The notes: generated by a model not told the origin, from the letters alone. A stretch of DNA of 59,114 nt, filler included, from 5 parts of 5 records of this genome joined end to end with filler, not necessarily neighbours in it, one strand, 5' to 3'; shown: positions 22,108-32,534, counted from the first letter of the whole stretch. Made by a program: numbers and translations.

Positions 22108-22710
22108 ATGGGGGTCAAGATCTGTCGGGGGTTTAGTGAGGCTGAGCAAGGCCATGTTGCGCAGCTCTTTTGGCAGGCGTTTTCGGCCAAACTAGGCCGG
22201 ATCATGGGGCCGGATGCCCGGGCATTGCAATTCTTCTGCGGGTGTCTGAACCCAGATTATGCTTTGGTTGCGCGCGATGAACAGAGTCGGTTGCTAGGTG
22301 TTGCGGGCTTTCAGACCGAAGCGGGCGGGCTTGTCGCCGGATCCTTGAAGGACATGGCGCAGGTCTATGGGTGGTTCGGGGGCACATGGCGGGGGCTGCT
22401 GCTGAGCGCGTTGGAGCGTAAAATTCAGCCCGGTGTGTTTCAGATGGATGGTTTGTTTGTAGACGCCAGCGCGCGCGGGCTTGGGGTTGGCACCGCGTTG
22501 TTAGAGGCGGTGTGCCAAGAAGCCCGCCAGCGAAATCTGGACAGTGTGCAGTTGGATGTCATCGACACCAACCCACGGGCGCGGGCCCTGTATGAACGTG
22601 TGGGGTTTGTGCCTATTAGCGAAGAAAAAACCGGGCCATTTGTGTATATTTTTGGGTTCAGCAAGGCAACGCGGATGCAAAAGACGCTGAGAGAGGCGAC
22701 GCCAACCTAG
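22108..22710 (+). CDS. GNAT family N-acetyltransferase
   Basis: ARGLGVGTALL and NPRARALYERVGF motifs. Confidence 0.9.
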   Translation: MGVKICRGFSEAEQGHVAQLFWQAFSAKLGRIMGPDARALQFFCGCLNPDYALVARDEQSRLLGVAGFQTEAGGLVAGSLKDMAQVYGWFGGTWRGLLLSALERKIQPGVFQMDGLFVDASARGLGVGTALLEAVCQEARQRNLDSVQLDVIDTNPRARALYERVGFVPISEEKTGPFVYIFGFSKATRMQKTLREATPT

Positions 22711-23732
22711 TCAAATGTGCCCGCGACCCGGCCCAGCAACATAAAGGCGCGCGCGGTTCGGGTGTCGCTGAGGGCGGAAATTTCTTCGTCACTGGCTTCG
22801 GGTTCGAATTCGGTGAACATCTGATCAAAGCGGCGTAGAAAATGATGCGCCGCGTCACGGAATATGGGATCTTGCTTCATGCGTCCGGCTGTCAAGGCAA
22901 GCGAGGACCGATCCCGGACCCCACCCAAGGCGGCCACGGCACGTCCGCGCGTCCCCTGGGCAAACTGGCGCCAGATTTCAGGACGGGACAAATCCGGGCG
23001 CAGGTCGTCCATATAAATGCCGTCCTGACTGAGCAGCGTCAGGACATCTTGCGCAGCTTGAATCAGCTGCGCGGCTTTGCGATCCCTGAGCGCTTTGCGC
23101 AGGGCAGAAAACCCATCGATATCTTCGGCGGTTTCTGGGAAGTTCAGCGCGCGAATAAAGTCATCACTAGGCAGGGGCGGGGACAGTGCTTCGGCTGGGG
23201 TGCCCAGTTCCAGAGATCCCTGATCGCCGCTTTCGTTCGCAGCTTGCGCCATCGGCGCCGCCGCGCGAGCGGGCTCTCGGCGCGAAGTTGAAAAAGTTGC
23301 CAGCGTTGTTTCTGTCTTGCGGGCCGTTTCCGCAATTTCATCCAACTTTTTGGCAACCGAAGGTTCTTGTCCGATGGTGGCGCGTTGTTGTTGCGTCACA
23401 TAGGCGTGGCGAATGGCGTCGATCGCCGCCTGCAGGCGATGGCTTTCTTCGCGCATGACACGGCTGGACCGGGCTGCTGTTGCAGCGACCCAAATCATGG
23501 CGACAGGCATAAAGACCGCCAACATGGTTACCAGAAACCCAACCCCAACCGATGCTGGTTGTTGCGTTGGGCTCACAAAGAAATAGGCCAATGCCCCGCC
23601 TAGCCATAACACGCTGAGCAGGATGGCGACGATTTCAATCCCGGTCACCATTTGCCGCTTTGGTTGGTCATAGACCCCAAACGGTGTTGGCTGGGCTGGG
23701 TCGTGATCTGGCTTGGGGCCGGACATAGGCAA
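22707..23732 (-). CDS. Conserved hypothetical membrane protein
   Basis: Two N-terminal TMs, coiled region, C-terminal RALNFP...DGIYMDDL...FRDAAHHFLRRFD. Confidence 0.75.
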   Translation of the reverse strand: MPMSGPKPDHDPAQPTPFGVYDQPKRQMVTGIEIVAILLSVLWLGGALAYFFVSPTQQPASVGVGFLVTMLAVFMPVAMIWVAATAARSSRVMREESHRLQAAIDAIRHAYVTQQQRATIGQEPSVAKKLDEIAETARKTETTLATFSTSRREPARAAAPMAQAANESGDQGSLELGTPAEALSPPLPSDDFIRALNFPETAEDIDGFSALRKALRDRKAAQLIQAAQDVLTLLSQDGIYMDDLRPDLSRPEIWRQFAQGTRGRAVAALGGVRDRSSLALTAGRMKQDPIFRDAAHHFLRRFDQMFTEFEPEASDEEISALSDTRTARAFMLLGRVAGTFD

Positions 23733-23740
23733 TGCTCCGG

Positions 23741-24211
23741 TCAGGAGTACGCGATTGTAAGCACTTCGTAAGAGCGTACACCACCGGGGGTGCGAACCTC
23801 AACGCTGTCGCCCTCGTCTTTTCCGATCAAGGCGCGCGCGATGGGGGATTTCATGTTGAGAAGACCCTTTTCAACGTTGGCTTCCATTTCGCCCACGATT
23901 TTCCAAGTCTTCTCTTCGTCGGTGTCTTCGTCCACCAAAGTGACGGTCGCACCAAATTTGATCGTCCCGGATAGGCTGGCCGGATTGATCACCTCTGCCA
24001 ACGACAAAGCGCCTTCAAGCTCTTTGATGCGTCCCTCGATAAAGCTCTGCTTTTCACGAGCGGAATGATACTCAGCATTCTCTTTCAAATCGCCAAGTTC
24101 GCGCGCGGTGGCGATCGCCTCGATGATAGCCGGGCGTTCGACGGATTTCAGCTGTTTCAGCTCGACTTCAAGGTTCTTGAAGCCCGTGGGGGTCATTGGA
24201 ATTTTATCCAT
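23741..24211 (-). CDS. greA: Transcription elongation factor GreA
   Basis: GDLKENAEY and [10 protein letters not shown] motifs. Confidence 0.97.
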   Translation of the reverse strand: MDKIPMTPTGFKNLEVELKQLKSVERPAIIEAIATARELGDLKENAEYHSAREKQSFIEGRIKELEGALSLAEVINPASLSGTIKFGATVTLVDEDTDEEKTWKIVGEMEANVEKGLLNMKSPIARALIGKDEGDSVEVRTPGGVRSYEVLTIAYS

Positions 24212-24235
24212 GTGTTTTGATCCACGTAAATAAGT

Positions 24236-24266
24236 GTCGCCCCGCCGCGTGATGCGCCGGGGCGAC
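24236..24266 (-). terminator. GC-rich hairpin between the VOC gene and greA
   Basis: GTCGCCCCG...CGGGGCGAC stem, followed on the minus strand by ACTTATTT (weak U-tract). Confidence 0.5.
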
Positions 24267-24346
24267 TGTTTGGGTTAACGGTTACCTGACCTAAACGGGG
24301 GGTAAATTGCAAGAGGAGACACGAGTCGCCCTCTGCATATTATCGC

Positions 24347-24727
24347 TCAATCGTATGCGACGACTTCGAATTCGATGCCGTTGTCATCATCGAAATAGAA
24401 ACGCCGCCCGGGTTCATAATCCCCGTGATTGCCCGGGGTGAAACCGGCTGCAATGACACGCGCCTCGGCGGCATCAATGTCACTGACCACAACGCCAATG
24501 TGGTTCAATCCGCCTAAGACATCATAGCTGCTTTCTTGCGATGGGCGCACCTTCTTAGGTTTGTAGAGTGCAAGGTAAGTGTCCTGTGATCCGATATGGA
24601 CGGTGTATCCCCCGGCTTTGGCCTCCCCCTCCCAGCGGATGGTCCAGCCAAAGACGTCTTGCATCCATGCGGCTGTTGCATGGGGATCGGCGACGGTGAA
24701 ATTGCTGTGTTCTAGGGTTGCTGTCAT
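24347..24727 (-). CDS. VOC (glyoxalase) family protein
   Basis: MTATLEHSNFTV, LNHIGVVV and RRFYFDDDNGIEFEVV; SD AGGAG. Confidence 0.9.
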   Translation of the reverse strand: MTATLEHSNFTVADPHATAAWMQDVFGWTIRWEGEAKAGGYTVHIGSQDTYLALYKPKKVRPSQESSYDVLGGLNHIGVVVSDIDAAEARVIAAGFTPGNHGDYEPGRRFYFDDDNGIEFEVVAYD

Positions 24728-24764
24728 GTGACCTGCTCCTTGTATTTGACGGCTGTCGCGACTC

Positions 24765-24795
24765 ACTGTAATTTCTAAACCTAACTTTAGGTCAA
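24765..24795 (-). promoter_or_regulatory. SoxR-type promoter for the VOC gene
   Basis: Minus strand TTGACC-19 bp-TACAGT, overlapping CCTAAAGTTAGGTTTAGA, which resembles the SoxR box CCTCAAGTTAACTTGAGG. Confidence 0.85.
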
Positions 24796-24814
24796 GGTGT
24801 TTGTGAGGTGCGAT

Positions 24815-25270
24815 TTGGCGATTTCTGAAGGGTTGGCGATAGGCGCGTTGGCGAGCCGTACGGGACTGGCCGTTTCTGCGATCCGATATTACGAAGCGCA
24901 GGGGTTGATCAGCCCATGGCGCAATGCGGGCGGTCAGCGTCGGTATCAGCGTGCGGATATCAGACGGCTGAGTTTTGTGATGATCGCGCAGCAATTCGGG
25001 CTATCGCTGCCGGAAATCCGGGACGTGCTGTCGGGTCTTCCGGGGCAGCGCACGCCAACGCGGGATGACTGGACCCGGATCAGCGAAAAACTACGCGCCC
25101 ACCTGGATCAGCGAATCAACACACTGCTGCGTTTGCGCGATAATCTGGACGGCTGCATAGGGTGTGGATGCCTAAGTTTACCCAACTGCGCACTGTATAA
25201 TCCGGCAGATCGCGCGAAAAAGGGCGGAAGCGGCCCAAGGTACCTCATGGGCGACACACCTGAGGCTTAA
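24815..25270 (+). CDS. soxR: Redox-sensitive transcriptional activator SoxR
   Basis: MerR HTH, RNAGGQRRY and [2Fe-2S] motif CIGCGCLSLPNC; TTG start inferred. Confidence 0.95.
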   Translation: MAISEGLAIGALASRTGLAVSAIRYYEAQGLISPWRNAGGQRRYQRADIRRLSFVMIAQQFGLSLPEIRDVLSGLPGQRTPTRDDWTRISEKLRAHLDQRINTLLRLRDNLDGCIGCGCLSLPNCALYNPADRAKKGGSGPRYLMGDTPEA

Positions 25271-25399
25271 TCGCCGCGCCGCAGCATCGTGACGCTCAGT
25301 TTTGTTTGACCTTGCCCCGTTCCAAAGGGTAATCACCCACGAAACAAAATTGCGCCCGATGGGGCCACTAGCGACAAAAGATAGCCAAGGAGCCCCTCG

Positions 25400-25945
25400 A
25401 TGGCCGAGATCGAACGCGAAGCGATGGAATATGACGTAGTGATCGTCGGTGCAGGCCCTGCGGGTTTGTCGGCGGCCATCCGTCTGAAGCAACTGGATGC
25501 AGATCTGGACGTTGTTGTATTGGAAAAGGGCTCCGAGGTCGGCGCACACATCCTATCGGGTGCGGTTCTTGACCCTTGCGGTCTGGACGCCCTGATCCCT
25601 GACTGGAAAGAAAAAGGCGCTCCGCTGACCGTTCCGGTGAAAGAAGACAATTTCTACATGCTGGGCGAAGCGGGCAAAATCCGTATCCCCAACTTTCCCA
25701 TGCCGCCGCTGATGCATAACCACGGCAACTATATCGTGTCGATGGGCAACGTTTGCCGCTGGATGGCCGAACAGGCCGAAGAGCTGGGTGTTGAAATCTT
25801 CCCCGGCATGGCCTGTTCCGAGCTTGTCTATGGCGACAAGGGTGAAGTCAAAGGCGTGGTTGCCGGTGTCTTTGGCCTGGAAGCAGACGGATCTTATGGT
25901 CCGGGTACCGAGCCGGGCATGGAGCTGCACGGCAAATACGTCTTC
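25400..25945 (+). CDS. ETF-ubiquinone oxidoreductase, 5' part (truncated at contig end)
   Basis: YDVVIVGAGPAGLSAAIRLKQ and EKGSEVGAHILSGA motifs. Confidence 0.95.
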
Positions 25946-26045
25946 NNNNNNNNNNNNNNNNNNNNNNNNNNNNNNNNNNNNNNNNNNNNTTAATTAATTA
26001 ANNNNNNNNNNNNNNNNNNNNNNNNNNNNNNNNNNNNNNNNNNNN
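25946..26045. other. Artificial contig spacer
   Basis: N-run + TTAATTAATTAA (stops in all six frames) + N-run, 100 nt. Confidence 0.99.
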
Positions 26046-26285
26046 GATCAGCAGTTCCATCAGGTTGTCATTGGCGGGGTTCGAGGTGCTCTGGATGATG
26101 AACATATCCTCGCCGCGCACATTCTCGTAAACCTCGACGAAGATCTCGGCGTCGTTGAAGCGTTCAACGCGGGCCTCGACCAGGCTGACCGACATACCCC
26201 GATGGAGCGACATTCGGCGGGCGATTGCCTTGGCCAGCGGCTGGTTGGAATTGCCGGAAATGAGCTTGGGATCGGATGCGGACAT
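26046..26285 (-). CDS. prs: Ribose-phosphate pyrophosphokinase, 5' part
   Basis: [15 protein letters not shown]...ENVRGED and [11 protein letters not shown] motifs. Confidence 0.95.
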
Positions 26286-26376
26286 GGCAGCTGTCTCTCG
26301 GTGTGCTGGTGTAACAGGGCGTTGACACCCCCTAGCATCCAGCTACCAATCGCGAAAGACCAAAGGAAGGCGCGAC

Positions 26377-26976
26377 ATGGCGAACATTGACTACTATTTC
26401 TCGACCCTCTCTCCCTTCACGTACCTTGCTGGCACGGGATTGGAGGAGATTGCAGCCGGGCACGGGGCGGACATCACCTACAAGCCAATGGACATCATGA
26501 CGCTGTTCGCCCGCACCGGCGGCACTGCGCCCAAGGACCGGCACCCCGCTCGGATGGCCTATCGCGGGCAGGAACTGCGCCGGGCGCAGGTCAAGACGGG
26601 GCTGCCGCTGAACACCAAACCGATGTTCTGGCCGACCAATCCCGCCCCATCCTCCTACGCCATCATCACCGCACAAAAGACCGGCGGAGGTGATCTGCCA
26701 GGGCTGGTCCATGGCATCCTGCGCGCCTGTTGGGCCGAGGAAAAGGACATAGCCGAAAACGATGTGGTTCGTGCGGCCCTGGCAGCAAATGGCTTTGACC
26801 CCGACCTTGCCGACAAGGGCATGCTGTCGGCGGCCGAGGAATATGCCCGTAATCTGGAAGACGCGGTATCTGCCAATGTCTTCGGCGCACCCTTCTACGT
26901 TGTCGACGGGGCCGAGCATTTCTGGGGCCACGACCGGTTGCAGGATCTGGACCGCTTCCTCGCGGGCGTTCTGTGA
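26377..26976 (+). CDS. 2-hydroxychromene-2-carboxylate isomerase / DsbA family
   Basis: IDYYFSTLSPFTY, VFGAPF and FWGHDRL motifs. Confidence 0.9.
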   Translation: MANIDYYFSTLSPFTYLAGTGLEEIAAGHGADITYKPMDIMTLFARTGGTAPKDRHPARMAYRGQELRRAQVKTGLPLNTKPMFWPTNPAPSSYAIITAQKTGGGDLPGLVHGILRACWAEEKDIAENDVVRAALAANGFDPDLADKGMLSAAEEYARNLEDAVSANVFGAPFYVVDGAEHFWGHDRLQDLDRFLAGVL

Positions 26977-27749
26977 CAGGGTTTGCCAGACACTGGGGGC
27001 AGGGCCCACGACAGGCCCTGTTCCTGCACTGCTCGCTGGCGCATTCGGGTGCGTGGGAAGGATTAGCCCGGGCGCTTGGCCCCGGTTTTCATATCACCGC
27101 GCCTGATATTCTGGGTCACGGCAAGGCGCCCGATATCGACCCGACCCGCGACTTGCATGATCAATGCTATGAGGCGATTCTGCCGCACCTGCCCGAGGGG
27201 CGGTTCGATGCGGTTGGCCACAGCTTTGGCGCGACGCTGGCGCTGCGCCTGGCCGAGGACATGCCGGATCGCATCCGCAGCCTGACCTTGATCGAACCGG
27301 TTCTGTTTGCAGCGGCGAAGGGCAGCGGCGAATTTGGCCCCTACCAGCAGGTGATCGCCGAATATGACCGGCTGATCGGCGAACAAAGCCGGGAAGAGGC
27401 GGCCCGAGAGTTTCTGCGTCTTTGGGGGGCTGGTGGCGGTCTGGATGACATGCCAGCGGGTCAACAGCGATACATGATCGACCGGATCCATTTCATCAAA
27501 GCCTCTGACGATGCCCTGTTTCGGGACAGTGCCAATCTGGTGCCTCGCTTGGGGCAGGTCGCAGCGCCGACGCTGTTGGTGCAGGGGGATCTGTGCCAGC
27601 CGATCACATCAGCGATCATCGACCGGATGGAACAGGATATCGCGAACACCACCCGCATCCGCATTCCCGGCGCGGGCCACATGGTGCCGATCACCCATCC
27701 CGGCCCGGTGGCACAGGCAGTTCTGGATCTGTTCGCGCGGGCGGGGTAG
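26973..27749 (+). CDS. Alpha/beta hydrolase
   Basis: GHSFG nucleophile elbow and GAGHM. Confidence 0.9.
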   Translation: MTGFARHWGQGPRQALFLHCSLAHSGAWEGLARALGPGFHITAPDILGHGKAPDIDPTRDLHDQCYEAILPHLPEGRFDAVGHSFGATLALRLAEDMPDRIRSLTLIEPVLFAAAKGSGEFGPYQQVIAEYDRLIGEQSREEAAREFLRLWGAGGGLDDMPAGQQRYMIDRIHFIKASDDALFRDSANLVPRLGQVAAPTLLVQGDLCQPITSAIIDRMEQDIANTTRIRIPGAGHMVPITHPGPVAQAVLDLFARAG

Positions 27750-27830
27750 GGCGAAAGGCGCTTCGAAGCGCCTTTACAAGAGATTTCAAAAACTCTTGCA
27801 CGTGCCCAAAATTCACCCTCAGCTCAGAAA

Positions 27831-28883
27831 CTAGCCGCGAAAGAGCGATAGCAACCGCTGAACCGTCTCGCTTTCGCAGGACCAGTCACAGACGAAGCGG
27901 CAGCGTATGGGTTCGTCCTCTGGCCCCTCCAGCGAGGCGTTGAAGGGGAAGAGGTAGTACTTCGCCCCGGCCTCCATCGCCCGCTTATGGGCGCCGCGCG
28001 GGATGTGGGCGAAGATCATGTTGCCGGCCGGTTCCGCCTCTAGGCGCGCACCGGGCAACGCCTTGACGCCATCGGCCAGTTCCCGGCAGCGCGCATTGGC
28101 CTGCTCGGCCAGTCGCAGCCACAGCCCGTCGGTTACATAGGCCTCCATCTGGGCAGAAAGGAACCGGTGCTTGGAAAACAGATGCGCCCCCCGTTTGCGG
28201 CGCAGTTCCAGTTCCCACGCTTGGGCTGGGTCGAAGAACACCACCGCCTCCACCCCAAGACAGCCGTTCTTGGTGCCGCCGAAGCTGACGGCATCAATGC
28301 CCGCTTTCCACGTCATCTCGGCCGGGGTGCAGCCAAGCGATGCGCAGGCATTGGCAAAACGTGCGCCATCGAGATGGGTTTTCAGACCGTAGGATCTGGC
28401 CACATCGGTGATTGCGCGGATTTCATCCAGTGAATAGGCGGTGCCGATTTCAGTGATGTTGGTGATCGAGACGGGGCCGCGCTGAACGCCATGTACGCCC
28501 TTGTCGCCGGTCGCCTTGATTGCGGCATCAAGGCCCGCAGGGTCCATCTTGCCATCTGGCCCATCGACTAGCACCAGCTTGGCCCCGTTGGTGAAAAACT
28601 CGGGCGCGCCGCATTCATCCTCTTCCGCATGGGCGATGCGATGAACAAAGATCCCGTCCCAGGGATTGGCCAGCGTCGCCAACGACAGGGAGTTGGCGGC
28701 AGTCCCGGTCGCCACCAGATGCACGCTGGCCTCTGGCGCTTCGAACAGGTCGCGGATCTTTTGCGTGACATCCGGCATGATCGTGTCATTGCCATAGGGC
28801 ATCTGATAGCCCTGATTGGCGCGCAGCACCGCATCCATGATTTCCGGCGCGGCCGGGCCCGTGTTGTCAGAGGCAAAGATCAT
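27831..28883 (-). CDS. Low-specificity L-threonine aldolase
   Basis: FASDN, GTAAN, DECGAPEFF, HLDGARFANA and SFGGTKNG motifs. Confidence 0.92.
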   Translation of the reverse strand: MIFASDNTGPAAPEIMDAVLRANQGYQMPYGNDTIMPDVTQKIRDLFEAPEASVHLVATGTAANSLSLATLANPWDGIFVHRIAHAEEDECGAPEFFTNGAKLVLVDGPDGKMDPAGLDAAIKATGDKGVHGVQRGPVSITNITEIGTAYSLDEIRAITDVARSYGLKTHLDGARFANACASLGCTPAEMTWKAGIDAVSFGGTKNGCLGVEAVVFFDPAQAWELELRRKRGAHLFSKHRFLSAQMEAYVTDGLWLRLAEQANARCRELADGVKALPGARLEAEPAGNMIFAHIPRGAHKRAMEAGAKYYLFPFNASLEGPEDEPIRCRFVCDWSCESETVQRLLSLFRG

Positions 28884-29338
28884 GTGCCCGGCTCCTCGAT
28901 GATGTAATCTTCCCAGTCCTCTTCCGGCACCTCGAATTCGGGCACCGTCAGCCCGCGCATCGACACGCCGGCGGAATGGACGCTTTCGGGGTCACCAGAC
29001 ACCAGAGGGTGCCAGTGGTAAAGGGGTTTGCCTTCGTGGCGCAGCCGGTAGGCGCAGGTTTCGGGCATGAAATAGGCCACATCCGCCATCGTTTTCGGGG
29101 TCAGTTGGATGCATTCGGGGACCAGCGTCTTGCGAATGTCGTACTGACCGCAGCGGCAGGTCTGATCATCGAGCAAGCGGCAGGCGACACGGGTCAGCGC
29201 GACCTCTCCGGTTTCGTCGTCTTCCAGCTTGTTCAGGCAGCACTTGCCGCAACCGTCGCACAGGGCTTCCCACTCGCCGGGGGTCAGCTTGGCCAGTGGC
29301 AGGGTCCAGAAATCGGGGCGCAACCTGGCGCGGGTCAT
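28880..29338 (-). CDS. YcgN family cysteine-cluster protein
   Basis: EWEALCDGCGKCCL, TCAYR and WHPLVSG motifs. Confidence 0.92.
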   Translation of the reverse strand: MTRARLRPDFWTLPLAKLTPGEWEALCDGCGKCCLNKLEDDETGEVALTRVACRLLDDQTCRCGQYDIRKTLVPECIQLTPKTMADVAYFMPETCAYRLRHEGKPLYHWHPLVSGDPESVHSAGVSMRGLTVPEFEVPEEDWEDYIIEEPGT

Positions 29339-30264
29339 GCAAGCGCCTTCAGGATGGTACGGGCGCTGTCGCTGTCGGCATCCATCTGTGTGATCAGCGC
29401 ATCAAGCCCGTCGAATTTCAGCTCCGGTCGCAGATAGTCGACCAGGGCGACCGACAGATCCGTGCCATAGAGATCGCCCTTGAAGTCGAAGACGAAGGTT
29501 TCAAGGTTCGGCACGTCGCCGTTGAACATCGGCCGAACCCCAAGCGAGGCGACGCCGTGATAGTGGCCCGCATAGGGGCCGTCCAGCACATCGACCAGAA
29601 CCGCATAGACCCCCAGTTTCGGCAGGTGCAACCCGTCCAGGTTCATGTTGGCCGTTGGATAGCCCAACTGCCGACCCCGCTTTTCGCCATGCACCACCAT
29701 GCCCTCGATCCGGTGCCAATGTCCCAGCATCGCAGCGGCATCGCGCGGGCGGCCATCGGACAGGGCGTTGCGGATATTGGTCGAGCTGATGGCGCCAAGA
29801 TCGCCATGCAGGATCGGCACGATATCGACCTCGAACCCGAAGCGCTTGCCAAACTCCGCCAGCATGTCGGTGTTGCCGGACCGGCCTTTGCCAAAACAGA
29901 AATCGGCCCCCACGATGACGCGTTTGAGACCCAGGCCTTCGGCCAGCACATCGCGGGCGAATTCCTCGGCCGTCAGGTGCGAAAGGGCGGTGTTGAAGGG
30001 CAGTTCATAGAGGATATCAACCCCGAGCTTCTCCAGCCGGTGCGCCTTGGCCTCGGCGTTCATCAGCCGGAAAGCGGGGGAATCGGGCGCAAAGAACTGG
30101 CGGGGATGGGGTTCGAAGGTCAGGATTCCGAGCGGCAGGCCATCGACGCGAGCGCGGTCGATGACATGCTGATGGCCCAGATGTACGCCATCGAAATTGC
30201 CGATGGCGGCGGACGCGCCACGGTCCTCGGGCTGTGCATATTGGTGGTCGCGCAAAACTCTCAT
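29335..30264 (-). CDS. ribF: Bifunctional riboflavin kinase/FAD synthetase
   Basis: GNFDGVHLGH, TFEPHP, ISSTNIR and GYPTAN motifs. Confidence 0.97.
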   Translation of the reverse strand: MRVLRDHQYAQPEDRGASAAIGNFDGVHLGHQHVIDRARVDGLPLGILTFEPHPRQFFAPDSPAFRLMNAEAKAHRLEKLGVDILYELPFNTALSHLTAEEFARDVLAEGLGLKRVIVGADFCFGKGRSGNTDMLAEFGKRFGFEVDIVPILHGDLGAISSTNIRNALSDGRPRDAAAMLGHWHRIEGMVVHGEKRGRQLGYPTANMNLDGLHLPKLGVYAVLVDVLDGPYAGHYHGVASLGVRPMFNGDVPNLETFVFDFKGDLYGTDLSVALVDYLRPELKFDGLDALITQMDADSDSARTILKALA

Positions 30265-30392
30265 GGCACCGGCTTAGCGGGCCTGATGGGCAAGGGCAAG
30301 CGGGGCGGAGCGGGATTTGGCAAGGCGGGCAGAGGGGGTCTGACATCGCTTTGATACTTGACCGGTTTCGCCGCGCAATGCGCGTCGACCCG

Positions 30393-30441
30393 CGGGGGGC
30401 TAGCCCCCCGGACCCCCCAAGGTATTTTCACCAAGATGAAA
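30393..30441. repeat. REP-like palindromic intergenic element
   Basis: Perfect palindrome CGGGGGGCTAGCCCCCCG followed by GACCCCCCAAGGTATTTT...AAGATGAA; single copy in the window. Confidence 0.5.
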
Positions 30442-30444
30442 GGG

Positions 30445-30888
30445 TTAGTCGAATTTGCGCGAGGGTGCGAGCACCATGGCCTCGCCCTTCAGGACCGGTT
30501 TGCCGTCGATGGTGCATTGGGTTTTCAAGGTCACGCGGCGCTTGGCGATGTCCATGTCCATCACCTCGACCTCGGCCCGGACCCAGTCACCTGGGCGCAC
30601 GGGGGCGAGGAATTTCAGGGTCTGGCCCAGATAAACGGTGCCGTGGCCCGGCAGCTGTTCGCCGATCACGGCAGAGATCAGCCCGGCGGTCAGCATGCCA
30701 TGGGCGATGCGGCCCTCGAAAATGGTGTCCTCGGCGTAGTCATCGTCCAGATGCACCGGGTTTCGGTCGGTGGAGACTTCGGCAAAAAGCTCGATATCCC
30801 GGTCTGTTACCTGCTTCATCAAGTGGCGGGTCATGCCGATCTCGATATCTTCGATACAGATCGTTCCACGAGGGAAGTTGTCGAGCAT
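30445..30888 (-). CDS. MaoC family dehydratase
   Basis: DRNPVHLD, IAHGML and LPGHGTVY motifs. Confidence 0.92.
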   Translation of the reverse strand: MLDNFPRGTICIEDIEIGMTRHLMKQVTDRDIELFAEVSTDRNPVHLDDDYAEDTIFEGRIAHGMLTAGLISAVIGEQLPGHGTVYLGQTLKFLAPVRPGDWVRAEVEVMDMDIAKRRVTLKTQCTIDGKPVLKGEAMVLAPSRKFD

Positions 30889-31007
30889 ATCTGGAACCTC
30901 ACGAGTCATCTTGACCCGTGTCATAGCGGAAATCGGTAAATGCTGCAACGCAGAAGTAACAAAGTTCTGCAAATTGCCCCATATGTCGCAACTATGTTGC
31001 TTTCAGC

Positions 31008-31880
31008 CTAACGCAGGTAGCCGATGGTCCAGGTGGCTTCGACCTGTGCCGCAGTCAGCACTTGGGCAAGTTTTTCCGGGTCAGGCTGGTCGGTCGTGCC
31101 GGTGTCTTCGCGGCTGAGGCCGCCAGAAATAAACAGGGAATCAATGGGTTCGCCTTGTGCGCCGAGGATGTCGGTTTGCAGCCCGTCGCCGATGGCAAGA
31201 ATGCGGTCGGTCGGGCAATCGACGCCAGCCTGGGCCAGGCGCAGGCGGGCAAGTTCGTAGATCGGTGCGTGGGGTTTGCCGAAGTAGAGGCTTTCGCCGC
31301 CCATCTCGGAGTAAAGCTGCGCAAGGGCGCCTGCGCACCATTCGCGGGTCTCGCCGCGATCGACGACAGTATCGGGATTCGCGCAGAGGAGTTTCAGGTT
31401 TTTCTGCTTTGCATACAGGAACTTAGGCCGTATCACCGATGGGTCGGCACTGGGATCCTCGGGGCCGGTGCAGACGATGCCTTCGGCCTCTTCCAGCGGC
31501 ACCTGTTCAATCTCGACCGCATCTGAAAGCAGCCCCATGGGCGCAAAGAAGCTTTGGTCGTGGGGCTGGCCGATGAACCAGATTTTGCGGCCCACCAGAC
31601 CGCGCAACATCGCGGCGCGGGCACTGTCACCGGAGCTGGCGATTCCATCCCAGCAATCGCGCGGCACCCCGATTTTTTCCAATTGTTTCTCGACACTTGC
31701 GCGGGGGCGGGGCGAGTTGGTCAGCAGCAATACATAGCCGCCCTTGGCCTTGAAAGCGCGCAGCGCCTCGACCGCATCCGCAAAGGGGGTGTAGCCGTCA
31801 TGAAGGCACCCCCAGAGGTCGCAATAGAGCACGTCATAGCGGTCGGAAATCTCGGACAGCGAGTGGATGATGGTGGTCAT
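31008..31880 (-). CDS. HAD-superfamily hydrolase (TIGR01459 type)
   Basis: DLWGCLHDG, LTNSPR, CANPD, GKPH and IGDGLQTDI motifs. Confidence 0.92.
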   Translation of the reverse strand: MTTIIHSLSEISDRYDVLYCDLWGCLHDGYTPFADAVEALRAFKAKGGYVLLLTNSPRPRASVEKQLEKIGVPRDCWDGIASSGDSARAAMLRGLVGRKIWFIGQPHDQSFFAPMGLLSDAVEIEQVPLEEAEGIVCTGPEDPSADPSVIRPKFLYAKQKNLKLLCANPDTVVDRGETREWCAGALAQLYSEMGGESLYFGKPHAPIYELARLRLAQAGVDCPTDRILAIGDGLQTDILGAQGEPIDSLFISGGLSREDTGTTDQPDPEKLAQVLTAAQVEATWTIGYLR

Positions 31881-31930
31881 TTTGCCGGGCTCCTACTGGG
31901 TCAGGGGCTGATTACGGGAGCGGCGGGGGG

Positions 31931-32030
31931 NNNNNNNNNNNNNNNNNNNNNNNNNNNNNNNNNNNNNNNNNNNNTTAATTAATTAANNNNNNNNNNNNNN
32001 NNNNNNNNNNNNNNNNNNNNNNNNNNNNNN
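31931..32030. other. Artificial contig spacer
   Basis: Same 100-nt N/TTAATTAATTAA/N linker. Confidence 0.99.
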
Positions 32031-32534
32031 GATGTAATATTCGCGGGTGACGTCATAGCCAGCATAGTCCAGCAAGCTCGCCAAAGCATCGCCAAACACC
32101 GCACCCCGGGTATGCCCCACATGCAACGGACCGGTTGGGTTGGCGGATACGTATTCCACGTTCACCTTCCGGTTCTGGCCCATGTCGGATTTACCAAACG
32201 CGGTCCCCTGATCCAGAACGGCCGCCAAAACCCCTTGCCAGACCGAGGCAGACAAACGGAGGTTCAAGAACCCCGGCCCAGCCACTTCGGCACCGGTGAT
32301 GCGATCATCCGCTGCCAGCTTGGCTGCCAGAGCTTCAGCAATATCGCGTGGTTTCATCTTGGCTGGCTTAGCCAAAACCATAGCTGCATTGGTCGCCATG
32401 TCCCCATGCGCCGCATCGCGGGGCGGTTCGACGGCAACATTGTCAAAGCTGAGCCCCTCAGGCAGGGTACCTTCGGCTTGCATTGCGGCCAGCGCATCCA
32501 GCACGAGGCTGCGGATCTCGGAAAACAGGTTCAT
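32031..32534 (-). CDS. argS: Arginine--tRNA ligase, 5' part
   Basis: [17 protein letters not shown] and [15 protein letters not shown] motifs. Confidence 0.97.

Noticed and set aside
29296-30354. 352-aa plus-strand ORF and similar long antisense ORFs (e.g. 3190-4011, 13002-13802, 34079-34864)
   Set aside because: Shadow frames opposite well-supported genes in GC-rich DNA.
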